From: Betaproteobacteria bacterium
GTDB taxonomy: Bacteria > Pseudomonadota > Gammaproteobacteria > Burkholderiales > Usitatibacteraceae
Length of the DNA: 64,000 nucleotides
Assembly: GCA_043756275.1 (NCBI GenBank)
Contig: JAYURJ010000227.1
Location: forward strand, 208 to 64,207
Direction of reading: 5' to 3'
Shown here in pieces: positions 29,633 to 39,400 of the stretch. A program made the translations under genes and the position numbers. Numbering within the stretch: the stretch's first letter is position 1; every line of letters starts with the position of its first letter. Under the pieces are notes generated by a model. That model searched no databases. It was given only the letters and a program-made list of their open reading frames with translations, and was not told the DNA's origin.

Positions 29633-30862
29633 TCATGTCTGCACGCTGGATCGATCCCACTCCCGAACCCACCCCAGCAAATCCCCATACTCCATCGGCC
29701 TGGCAATAAAGTAGCCCTGCACCAAATCGCAGCGCAGTTTACAAAGTAGATCAAAGTCGAGCTGTGTTTCAACGCCTTCGGCAACGGACGTGATGTTCAG
29801 CTTTTTCGCCATCTTCAGGCTGGATTCCAGAATCACCCTCGCCGAGCTATGTTTGACAGCGTTCATGACGAAGGACTGATCGATCTTGAGTTCCGTAAAT
29901 GCAATGCGCGTGAGTTGCTGCATCGAAGAGTATCCCGTGCCGTAGTCGTCGATCGACAGGCCGAAGCCTTTCATTCGCAATCGCGCGAGGCTTTCCAGCG
30001 CCTTGGCGACGTCGGTCGTGGCGGCAGATTCGGTCACCTCCAGAATCATGTGGCAGGGGTCGAGGTTCTGGCTGCGCACCAGCTCCGTTACGCGGTCTAC
30101 GATCTCAATGTTGCCGAGCGATTTCACGGAGAGATTAACCGACACGGTGGCGTCTGTTCCGTTTGCGCGCCAGGCGCGGCAATATGCGGCTGATTTCCTC
30201 AGCATGGCCCAGGTCAGCTCATCGATGAGATCGTTGTCCTCAAGCTGCTTGATAAATGCATAGGGCGACACCAGCCCGAAGCGCGGATGATGCCAGCGCG
30301 CAAGTGCCTCGACACCTTTGACTTGCCGCGTGCCGAGTTCAATTTTGGGTTGGAAGTACGGTTCGAATTCATCGGCCTTCAAGCCCGCTGCAATCTCGGC
30401 TAGTGTAAATGTTGGCATCGTATTTACCGCTCGGTTCGTCGGCGAGCGTTCGGGCTGGTAGAGCGTGATCAACGGGACGAGTTTACGTATCGTTAGCGGC
30501 TTTTCGAGCACACCCAGCAGATTGATACCGTAGGCCTCTGACATCGTCGCAACGGAAGCGAGTAGCTTGCGTTCGAGCGCGCTGGCGAGAATGATCGAAA
30601 TTTGCACGCCGGATTCACCCAGATGGCGGATGAATTCGATGCCGTCCATGCCTGCCATATCCAGGTCGCTGATGACGATATCGACGGGTCGCGATGGGTC
30701 GCCCAGTATTTCGAGCGCGGCATGTCCATCGATTGCTTCATGGATCGTTGTGGCACCCAGGCTCTCAAGGGTTCGCGCGAGTTGGTTGCGCTGAAAGTCA
30801 TGGTCTTCAGCGATGAGAAAACGCAAGTGGGCAAACGTTATCTGTTTTTCACGGACTTGCAT
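29633..30862 (-). CDS. response regulator with EAL (c-di-GMP phosphodiesterase) output domain, RocR/PvrR-like
   Basis: From ATG 30862 there is a REC domain (FLIAEDHDF...ISDLDMAGMDG). The EAL domain has intact EALARW, DDYGTGYSS and KIDQSF motifs. Confidence 0.88.
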   Translation of the reverse strand: MQVREKQITFAHLRFLIAEDHDFQRNQLARTLESLGATTIHEAIDGHAALEILGDPSRPVDIVISDLDMAGMDGIEFIRHLGESGVQISIILASALERKLLASVATMSEAYGINLLGVLEKPLTIRKLVPLITLYQPERSPTNRAVNTMPTFTLAEIAAGLKADEFEPYFQPKIELGTRQVKGVEALARWHHPRFGLVSPYAFIKQLEDNDLIDELTWAMLRKSAAYCRAWRANGTDATVSVNLSVKSLGNIEIVDRVTELVRSQNLDPCHMILEVTESAATTDVAKALESLARLRMKGFGLSIDDYGTGYSSMQQLTRIAFTELKIDQSFVMNAVKHSSARVILESSLKMAKKLNITSVAEGVETQLDFDLLCKLRCDLVQGYFIARPMEYGDLLGWVREWDRSSVQT

Positions 30863-30882
30863 TTTTTGTGAGCGATCCACAG

Positions 30883-33546
30883 TTAAAGGGAATCGAAATA
30901 GGCGTTCAACTGCAGCCATTCGCACTGGTACGTTTCCGCCCCGGCCGACACTGCTTCCCAATCATTCGCCCGGCCAGCACTTTCGATGCGCTCGCATACG
31001 AGAGCGATTCGCTTTGCGCCAACCATGCGGCTGGCACCCAGCATGCGGTGCGCGACGCGCGTGACTTGCTTCATATCGCGTTCGGCAACGGCACGCCACA
31101 ACGTTTCGGCATCGCGGTCGTTCGCGCGCCGAAAGTCTTCAAGTATGCGTCGCTCGCTTGCCGCGTCCCCGCCGGAAAGTTCTGCCAACACAGAGCGATC
31201 TATCCGCGGGTTGTTCGTGTCGGAACTGACGTTGGCCGGCACTGCGGCGGTTTCCTTAGCGGGAGCGATAAAGTTGCGGGCCGAATGATTCGGAATCGGC
31301 AGCCACTGATTTAGTTTCAGCAAAATTTGCGCCAGATCGACCGGCTTGACGAGGCAATCGTTCATGCCCACCGCCCTGCAGACCTCGGCCTCGCCATCGA
31401 GTGCATTGGCGGTGCAGGCGATGATCGGTGTCGGTTTGCGGCCATGCCCGGTGTTGCTTGCCTCGATGCTGCGAATGTTGCGCGCCAGCTCATAACCATC
31501 CATCTCTGGCATATCGCAGTCGGTAATGACGATACCAAATCGGCCCGATTTCCATTTCTCGAGCGCTTCGGCACCGTTGTCGGCGCTTTCTGCGGCATAG
31601 CCCAGTGCATTCACCTGGCTGATCAGCAAAAACCGGTTCGTCGGATGATCATCGGTCACCAGTACGAGTGTGCCCTCGGCCTCGGCTTCTTCAACACCTG
31701 GCGCGAAGCGGCGCATGCTGGTGGTGTCGCTTAGCGTGGCGTGCGCCTTTTTTACATCGATCACGGGCAGGTCCGCAGGGTCTGCGATGGGTAGTGTCAG
31801 CGTGAGGATCATGGTCGTGCCCCGGCCCAGTTCGCTCTCCATTTCCACCATGCCACCCATCATGTCGGCCAGACGGCGGCAGATCGTCAAGCCAAGGCCG
31901 GTACCACCAGCCCGATTTGCGTCGATGCCGTCGGCCTGACTGAATGGCTGGAACAACTGCCGCTGATTCTCAGTGGAGATGCCGATGCCGGTGTCTTTCA
32001 CCGTAAATCGCACGTGATCTTCGGCGTTGTTTCGCCCGATCAATTCCGCCCTGATCTCGATTGAACCTTCATTCGTGAATTTGAGAGCATTGCTGACAAA
32101 ATTGTTGAGGATCTGCCGCAGCCGCAAAGGGTCGACCATGACGGCGGCACTTATTTTCGGATCGATACTTCGCTTTAGCGCTACACCCTTGCTGCTGGCG
32201 TTGCCGGAATAGATGCTGCGCACCCGCTCGATGATTTCCCTGATCGACACCACCGCTGGGCGAATTTCCAGCTTTTCGGCCTCGATCATCGAGAAATCGA
32301 GGATATCGTCGATGATTCTAAGCAGCGACTCCGTTGATTCACGCACGATGCCAAGGGTGTTGCGCTGTGCGAGGTCGAGCCTGGTCAGGCTGAGAAGCTC
32401 GAGCATGCCGAGTGCGCCGTTCATTGGCGTGCGAATCTCATGGCTCATGGTGGCGAGAAATTTGCTCTTGGCGCGATTGGCCGACTGCGCCACTTCCTTT
32501 GCTTCCTGTAGTGCATCTTCCAGACGTCGCTGTTCGGTGATGTCGGCGATGTAGCCGGTCTGGACAATGTCGCCGTGGGATTGCTCCTGCAGCGATGCCT
32601 CGTGATGAAGACACCTTAATGTTCCGTCGGACTGTTTGACGCGATAGCTGTTTCGAAAAGACGAACGTGTCTCGAGTGCACCGGCAAGGGCTGCGTTGAA
32701 TTCGGGTCGGTCACGCTCATCGATATCATCGACCATTGCGGCCCAATTGGGCAGTTCGCCGACCTTGCGAACAACGCACATACCGCAGACATTTTTCCAG
32801 CCGGCACTCATGAACATGACGTGCGGCTTTCCTTTGGTGTCATAGCGAAGCTGATACATCGCGCCAGGCAGATTGTCGGCCATGACGTGTAAGGTGTTTT
32901 CAATTTGCCGCCGCGAGCGCGCCTGGAATACAAAGGCGAGATAGCCTGGGAGCAGCACAAGGAGCCCGAAGATAACCCCGGCAATGAGAACGCGTATTTC
33001 GGTTTCGTGCCGATTGTCGGCTGCGGTGCGATGCATTTTCAGAAGTCTGCGCTCTTCGCGTTTTAGTTCGTTTGTGAGTTCGCGAATCTTCGCGGTTGCC
33101 TCCACGCCGGCCTCTGTGGTCGCGCGGCGTTGACTGACGCCCGCGCCATCAGTGGCGCGCAATCGCTCGCTCTCACGCATCATCAATGCGCGCGTGGCAA
33201 TCAGTTTTTCCAGCTGCGCGATTCGACCCTGCTGCTCCGGCTGATTCGCAGTCAGCTTCCGCGCATTGGCAATGCTTTCAGTCCGCTCCTGCAAGGCGAT
33301 GTCCCGCTCAGTGAGAAATGCGCTCTTCCCCGAAAGCAGAAAACCACGATGCGCAGACTCGGCGCGACCCGTCAGCTCAATAATCTCGGACAGTTCCTGC
33401 CGTATCTCCTGGGCGTGATTGGCACGCCGGGCGGTTTCCGCTTCATCATTGGCGGCGACATAAAGCGTGAAGCCCATGACGACCATAACGATAGTGGCAA
33501 GCCAGAAGCTGATATGGGCAAGCAACTTTACCGCTGGTGCTGCCAT
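30883..33546 (-). CDS. hybrid sensor histidine kinase (CHASE3-PAS-HisKA-HATPase-REC-Hpt)
   Basis: The start is ATG 33546 with a GGAG RBS. Two TM helices flank a periplasmic coiled CHASE3-like region. It has the H-box [10 protein letters not shown], the G2 box [12 protein letters not shown], a REC domain (VTDDHPTN...[10 protein letters not shown]), and a C-terminal Hpt ([13 protein letters not shown]). Confidence 0.88.
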   Translation of the reverse strand: MAAPAVKLLAHISFWLATIVMVVMGFTLYVAANDEAETARRANHAQEIRQELSEIIELTGRAESAHRGFLLSGKSAFLTERDIALQERTESIANARKLTANQPEQQGRIAQLEKLIATRALMMRESERLRATDGAGVSQRRATTEAGVEATAKIRELTNELKREERRLLKMHRTAADNRHETEIRVLIAGVIFGLLVLLPGYLAFVFQARSRRQIENTLHVMADNLPGAMYQLRYDTKGKPHVMFMSAGWKNVCGMCVVRKVGELPNWAAMVDDIDERDRPEFNAALAGALETRSSFRNSYRVKQSDGTLRCLHHEASLQEQSHGDIVQTGYIADITEQRRLEDALQEAKEVAQSANRAKSKFLATMSHEIRTPMNGALGMLELLSLTRLDLAQRNTLGIVRESTESLLRIIDDILDFSMIEAEKLEIRPAVVSIREIIERVRSIYSGNASSKGVALKRSIDPKISAAVMVDPLRLRQILNNFVSNALKFTNEGSIEIRAELIGRNNAEDHVRFTVKDTGIGISTENQRQLFQPFSQADGIDANRAGGTGLGLTICRRLADMMGGMVEMESELGRGTTMILTLTLPIADPADLPVIDVKKAHATLSDTTSMRRFAPGVEEAEAEGTLVLVTDDHPTNRFLLISQVNALGYAAESADNGAEALEKWKSGRFGIVITDCDMPEMDGYELARNIRSIEASNTGHGRKPTPIIACTANALDGEAEVCRAVGMNDCLVKPVDLAQILLKLNQWLPIPNHSARNFIAPAKETAAVPANVSSDTNNPRIDRSVLAELSGGDAASERRILEDFRRANDRDAETLWRAVAERDMKQVTRVAHRMLGASRMVGAKRIALVCERIESAGRANDWEAVSAGAETYQCEWLQLNAYFDSL

Positions 33547-33851
33547 AAAAACTCCAAGAGAAACTGTTGATCCACGGAGGAAGGGGGCACCAACCAGCCA
33601 TATAGGTTTTCTGCACCCCGCGCCTAAATTCAATCTGACAAATGTCGCAGCCGCTTGCGCAACGAAAGCGAGTTGGCAATGGAGTGTCGGTACATTGCTT
33701 GACGAACGTTAGTGCCTCCCACGAGCGCTGTATGTGCGTCCCCGAACATAGCCAGTGGGTATCGGGCAGGTACGCAGCAACAGTAAACCTGCGCCGTTGT
33801 ATGGGATCAGGTCTGTTTGCCGTACCCGCATAATTTTGGGAACTTCTATTT

Positions 33852-33987
33852 ACCTCCGTTCGTGCTGACCCTCCGGCATACTCAGGACAGGGCACGCTGC
33901 GCGTATCGATGCATACTCAGGCTAAGTGTTTGATTCGTTTTAGCGCCGCAAGGCCCTTCGATACCTCAGGGCGAACGGGAATGAGGT
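33852..33987. repeat. MITE/REP-like palindromic module 1 (CCGTTCGTGCTGA ... TCAGGGCGAACGG type)
   Basis: The left end ACCTCCGTTCG (33852-33862) pairs with CGAACGG..GAGGT (33973-33987). It holds an internal 11-bp direct repeat, GCATACTCAGG, at 33876 and 33911. Confidence 0.6.
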
Positions 33988-34020
33988 TTCGGGAAGTACC
34001 CTTTTATGTGGAACGCCATT

Positions 34021-34076
34021 TGGCGGGCAGCTTCAGCGGGAAATGTGCTGCAAGGCACGCCGGTGCTAGGCTTTGG
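34021..34076 (+). repeat. copy E (diverged) of the ~65-bp intergenic repeat family
   Basis: Sequence TGGCGGGCAGCTTCAGCGGGAAATGTGCTGCAAGGCACGCCGGTGCTAGGCTTTGG, hand-aligned to copy A. Confidence 0.4.
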
Positions 34077-34091
34077 CGGAAAAAAGTTAGT

Positions 34092-34198
34092 TACCGCCGT
34101 TCGTGCTAAGCCCGACGAAGCACATGCGGTTTAGCGTGTTGAGACAGCGTGGCCCACTCAACCGTTCGCGACGCTCTGGGCGAACGGGCTGGAGGCTA
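34092..34198. repeat. MITE/REP-like palindromic module 2 (same family as 33852-33987)
   Basis: The left end is TACCGCCGTTCGTGCTAAGCCCGACGAAGCAC and the right end is CTGGGCGAACGGGCTGGAGGCTA. A perfect local hairpin pairs CCGTTCGC (34162-34169) with GCGAACGG (34180-34187). Confidence 0.6.
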
Positions 34199-34250
34199 CC
34201 AGTTGTGTCATTGATGCGGAACCTGCGATGTGGATGCCGGTCCCTGCAAT

Positions 34251-35864
34251 TCAACTAATCGTCACCCGATCAAAATCCAGCCCGCGTTCAACAAATTCGG
34301 CCACTTTTACTTCCTTCGGGCTGCCGTGTCCCTGATGAAAAATATCGATGCCGCGCCCTAAGTGGGAAAGATTGGATGGCACCAGGAGTGATTCTGGAAT
34401 CTTCAGCGCTTCCATCGGTGGCAGGCGAAATCCCTGCACATAATTTGGCATACGACTACGCGTGTCGGATGAGCGCACCGTGGTGGCTTCGGGCTTGCCG
34501 GGCAGCATCGAGATCGTTGCAAAAATACTGCCGTTGAGTTCTTCCACCAATTCGCGCACCACGCCAAGAAAAAAATTCTCCTGCGTACCAATCTTGATGC
34601 CAACCAGTTTGCCGATGGCAACACCGTGCGCGGAATTTGCAGGGCGCAGCAGGCGCACGTGACCGCGACTTTCATCGACGATTCCCCAAGTCTCAGTGCC
34701 GTAGTTAAAATCCGCGTAGCGCGCGCGAATGGTTGATTCCGAAACTTTGCCGAACATCTCGATGTCTGCCATTTCCTGACGTGTTAATTCACTCTTCACG
34801 CCGGGCTGCTGGAACGGATTGCCCGACATAAAGAAATGGGTTTCGGTAATGCCGAACGTAAGGATGGCGTCTTTTTCGCTCGGCACCGTTGCAGGTGGAC
34901 GCGCACTGATGCCCTCGCACCAGATGCGATGCAGCCGTGTCAGTTGAATTTGCGCATCAGCCACACTCCACTCGGCGGGAAGATCGAGTGCGGTCGGGTC
35001 TTCCCCTTCGGTGAGTTTCTTCATTCGCCGCCGCAAAGATTTCGACAACTCTTCCACGGTCAGAATGCGTACGTGGTCTGCGTCAACCGTGGGAAGATGA
35101 AAACCCGCACCTGCGTTTGAGAGCAAATCGACTGCACACACGAGTCCCTGCGGATTCGCGGCCCCTGCGCGTGCGACAGTGACCTTGTGGCCAAACCGTT
35201 TCAGGACAGCATCAACAAAATCAATCTGTCGCGGTGAGAGTTCATGGATATTTGCCGCTTGCCCGAGCAGCACCGCCGTATAGGCTTGTTCAACAGTCGA
35301 GTTGCCGTCGATGGCGCCGATGGAATCCTTGACACGCTTGCCGCCTAGGTGTCGGGTCTCGGCCTCGATCCATTGCATGTGCAACCGCATCCACAAGGCC
35401 GGATCAAAGCGGCGATAGATGAATCCGGCAATCAGCATTTGCAGGCCGATGTATCTGATGATGCGCTGGATGATCAGCGCACCGTGGGCAAACAGGGGCG
35501 CGTCCTCGAGCGTGGCATCGGCCCAGCAACGCCGGTAGCCTGCCTCCATTTCTGTAATCAGGTTGCTCGACACTTGCCAGGCGGCGATGTCGCCGTGCAA
35601 CAGCGGAATGGTTTTGCCGGCGTAACGTGTCCGCTGCTCGGTAAGGAGGTAGGCCACCTTGTCGCGCAGCAGCTCCATGCAGGTTAATCGCTCCAGCGCG
35701 ACGACGTTGGCATCCCGATTCAGATTGCGCAGCGCGTCAACAATTTTTTGTTGCGCCTGCGCGACGTTCGTCAGCGGGATCGACTTCAGCCAATCTTTGC
35801 AGGAACGCGCGTCCGAGAAAAACAACGAACCAGGGGTGCTATTTGGCGACACTTGCAAACCCAT
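34251..35864 (-). CDS. hypothetical cytoplasmic protein, 537 aa, no recognisable catalytic motif
   Basis: ATG 35864 is preceded by an AAGGAG RBS. There is no signal peptide or TM helix. The N-terminal half is helical and the C-terminal ~170 aa is beta-rich. Confidence 0.7.
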   Translation of the reverse strand: MGLQVSPNSTPGSLFFSDARSCKDWLKSIPLTNVAQAQQKIVDALRNLNRDANVVALERLTCMELLRDKVAYLLTEQRTRYAGKTIPLLHGDIAAWQVSSNLITEMEAGYRRCWADATLEDAPLFAHGALIIQRIIRYIGLQMLIAGFIYRRFDPALWMRLHMQWIEAETRHLGGKRVKDSIGAIDGNSTVEQAYTAVLLGQAANIHELSPRQIDFVDAVLKRFGHKVTVARAGAANPQGLVCAVDLLSNAGAGFHLPTVDADHVRILTVEELSKSLRRRMKKLTEGEDPTALDLPAEWSVADAQIQLTRLHRIWCEGISARPPATVPSEKDAILTFGITETHFFMSGNPFQQPGVKSELTRQEMADIEMFGKVSESTIRARYADFNYGTETWGIVDESRGHVRLLRPANSAHGVAIGKLVGIKIGTQENFFLGVVRELVEELNGSIFATISMLPGKPEATTVRSSDTRSRMPNYVQGFRLPPMEALKIPESLLVPSNLSHLGRGIDIFHQGHGSPKEVKVAEFVERGLDFDRVTIS

Positions 35865-35957
35865 TCAAATCTCCTTGCGACCTCATCCCGATTCGCGTTT
35901 GTGCCTGTTACAGCACTGAAAGCAGTCATTTCGCCAAGCCAATTGGCAGAGCGAGCA

Positions 35958-36416
35958 TCAGTTTGTTGCGAATGCGCGACTTACCGCCGACACCCATTGT
36001 TGACTGGTGTGGACGGAGGATATTTTTCCCTTATCGACAAGTGTAGCAAGGCTTGGCGCTGCTGGCGTAGATATCGCCCAAACCGGTTTCGGGAAGGCCG
36101 GGTCGTCGCGGTATCGCGGAATGACGTGCCAGTGCAGATGCGGTGTCAGATTACCGAGGCTGGCGATGTTCATTTTCTCTGGCTGCAATGCCTGTCGCAA
36201 CGCGGTTTCCAGCGTGAATACGGCGTCCATAAAAATTTTCCGGTCCGCCTCAATAAGATCGGTGAGCTCCTTTACGTGCTCGTTCCAGATGACGCGGCAG
36301 AAGCCCGGATAGGCCGCACCATCGGTGCCGGGCACCCGCACAACCCGCCATTTATCACGACGAACAATCAGTTCGCCGCCGTCGCCATCGCATAGCTCGC
36401 ACCCTTGTGGTTGCAT
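35958..36416 (-). CDS. HIT (histidine triad) family nucleotide hydrolase/transferase
   Basis: 152 aa with the histidine triad HLHWHVIPR. Its ATG lies 1 nt after the upstream gene's TAG stop. Confidence 0.88.
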   Translation of the reverse strand: MQPQGCELCDGDGGELIVRRDKWRVVRVPGTDGAAYPGFCRVIWNEHVKELTDLIEADRKIFMDAVFTLETALRQALQPEKMNIASLGNLTPHLHWHVIPRYRDDPAFPKPVWAISTPAAPSLATLVDKGKISSVHTSQQWVSAVSRAFATN

Positions 36417-36417
36417 G

Positions 36418-39400
36418 CTAGTACGGCTGCCGCACTATGGGTTTGGTTTGGGTGATGCCTGCGAACGGCCCGGCATTAAAGGTGTAGGTCATGGTCGCGT
36501 TATTGGCATCGCTAAAATTGAGTGTGAGTGTTCCAGTCTTGCCGTCTGGAGGAACCACCTTCAGTTGACTCGGGTCGTAGGCAACACCAAGCCAAGCCGA
36601 GCTGGTAGTGCTAAAGAAATTTCCGGTATAGGTATTGCCACTCCAGATGCCGTCGGTCATCACATACCAGGTTGCCTTACCGTCAGGGCCGTAGGTGTAC
36701 CACGCGCCAAACAGGATGCCCGCCTGCTGGGTAATGCTGATTCCCCAGCCATTCTGCGCGGTGCCGCCCCACCACATGTCGCCAACGGTAATGGGTGAAG
36801 TGCCGCGACCAAACACCTGCCGCTGGATCGATTTTTGGCCGGATACGCCGTTGATTACGTATTGCAGCAACGCCGTCGAGTTGCTGGTGAAGTTGATGCT
36901 GATATTGCCGACCGCCGCACCGACCTGAAACTGCGCGGCGTTGTAATTGTTCAATGGCGCCGATGCGGGCTGGTAGATCGGCCCTGAGTAGGTGGTGAAG
37001 TCGCTGTTCCACATGCCGCCAGGCAGCACGTACCAAATCGGTTTGCCGGCGTTGTCGTAAACGTAGATGGCGTTCAACTGGATCTGGCCGTGCTGCTGAA
37101 TCGACATGCCCCAGCCGTTTTCGGCAGTGCCCGCCCACCACATATCTGAATAATTGGCCGGACCCGCACCGGCAACGGTGGTACGAAACATGCCGCGGCC
37201 ATAGGTCACCGCGACCAGCGTGGTCTGGTCGTACCAGAACAGCTCACGCACCCGCACGCTGGCGGGCCCATCGTTACTGGTGCTCCAGGTCTGCCCGCCG
37301 TTTTCACTGGTGTATACGCCATTCGCAGCGGCGACGTAGAGCCAGTTTGTCTGGGTGGGGTGACGCTTGATATCGTGCAGCGAAACATTCGGTAAATTGC
37401 CGTGAATATTCTGCCAGGTCGCGCCACCATCATTGGTTTGCCAGAGTCGCCCCGAGGTGAAGCCCGTGTAGGTGACCCAGGCCCGATTGGGGTTGTCAGG
37501 GTCAATCGTGAGCCGCGACACGGTGCCACTGGGCAGGATGCCGCTGCCAACCTGTACCCAGGTTGGAGTCGCCGACAGGCCATCGGTGGTTTTCCATATC
37601 TGACCCGGCGAGTTGTGGCCCACCCAGATGACGTTTGAATCGCGTTCGTACACTGCGATGGCGTTGATGTAGTAGGTGCTGATGCCATTGATGGTGATGG
37701 GCGCCTTGATTGCGTTCCAGGCCGGCACTGGCGCGCGCACGTTGGTGGACAGCCAGAGGGAATTCGCGCCGACCAGCATGCGGTCGCGGTTGTTTGGGTC
37801 CACGATAAATGGCGCAATAAAATTGGCCCTGGCAGTTTCTGCGTTGGTTGCACCGCAATATGCGATATTGCTGTCCTTCAACGCCTCCGTAATGCCGTTG
37901 CAAATAAATTGACGGCTCGCCTGCCCCACCTTGCGGTGCACTGACGCGTAAACGTATTCGCCGTAAATGGTGGTGTCGTCGATCGGGTCAACGGCGGCAA
38001 ACCCGCCATCACCGCCGGCAGTGCGCTCCCAATTAGTGCCGACCGAATACGCCAACGACCCGTTGTCCTGCGTGCCACCGATAATCTTGCCCCCGGCTGA
38101 GCGTTTACCCGCGCCGCCATAGAACTGGGTCACACCCAGATTGTTATTGAGGTTCTGCCAACTGGAGTTGCTATTAGCGCTTGCCGCGAACACATTCGTT
38201 GAACGGTAGAGGCCGCCGTCGTTGCCAAAATACACCACCGGGTTGGACGCGCTGTAGTTTGGCGCGTGCACAATAATGTGGTGATCGGCATGCGGTTGCG
38301 CCCCCCCCGGAAAAGCTTGGGACCAGGTGCTGATACGCTCAAAGGTAATGCCGCCATCGACGGATTGGTGGAGGTCCAATCCGCCGACGATCAAGTGTCT
38401 GTCATCTATCGGCGAGACCCACAGGGCATTGTCGTAATCGCCTTGCTCGCTTAAATGTTTGGGTTCGGCAAGCAGTGTCCAATTCGCGCCACCATCGACC
38501 GACTTCCAAACCTGCCCGCGCACGTTGGTGGCACTGGATTCGGCATTGTTATCTACCGATGCATAGACCGTTCCGGGCGCGCTCCTTGCGTAATCGAGTT
38601 CGATCCGTGCAGATCTCGGCGATCCGCGACCGACGGGTGTCGATACAAGCTGCGCGCTTTGTGTCCAGTTGACGCCAGCATTGTTGGAATAATAAACATA
38701 GCCATCATCGGATCCAACGATGGCATTGTCTGGATTATTGGGATCGAATTTGACATCGAGCCCCTGAAACTCAGCGACCTTGGACCAGGAAATACCGCCG
38801 TTCGTTGAGCGATAGACCTTGCCATTGGCGGTCGTGCCACCGCTTCCCGTGCCCGTGGTCGTTCCCGCAAGTACGATTTGCGGGTTGGCTGGGCTGACGG
38901 CGATTCGATTGACAAACCACCAATCCAGACCAGATGGATTGATGCTGGTATCGGTCGATGTGGAGTTCAGATGTGTCCACGTGATGCCGTTATCGATACT
39001 TTTGAATACACCAACGCCTTGATAGGCGGTGAATCCCTCGCCGGTTCCGGCGTAAATCGTATTCGGGTTGACAGGGTCAACAGCCATCGTACCGATGACG
39101 ATGTTGCCCAGAAAATCTGCCACTGCTGAAAATGATTGACCACCATTGGTCGAGAGCCAGATGCCGCCGGTGGAAGCGCCCACCATTATCCGGTTGGGGT
39201 CTCGGGGGTCAATCAGTACCGCGCGAAGTCGGCCACCAATATTGCCCGGGCCGAGAAAAGACCACCCACCCGCCGAAATTCCTGCCGCCAGATTTCGCGC
39301 CTGTTCGCCTACACCACTTCCGATTCGGGTGGCTACCAACGCTTTTCTCGCCGACTCAGCGCGCAGGATGTCAGTGGAGGTCGGCATCCGCCCGAATTCG

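Noticed and set aside
33909-34109. Track ORFs inside the 704-bp repeat nest: 33909..34109, 33446..33895, 33642..33833 and 33467..33712.
   Set aside because: They translate palindromic repeat arms (for example PFDTSGRTG), lack an RBS, and overlap each other on both strands. They are spurious.
34251-34760. Calling the C-terminus of the 537-aa protein a PilZ domain.
   Set aside because: The RxxxR and [DN]xSxxG motifs are not both present at canonical spacing. I kept this only as a low-confidence hypothesis in the findings and did not use it as an annotation.
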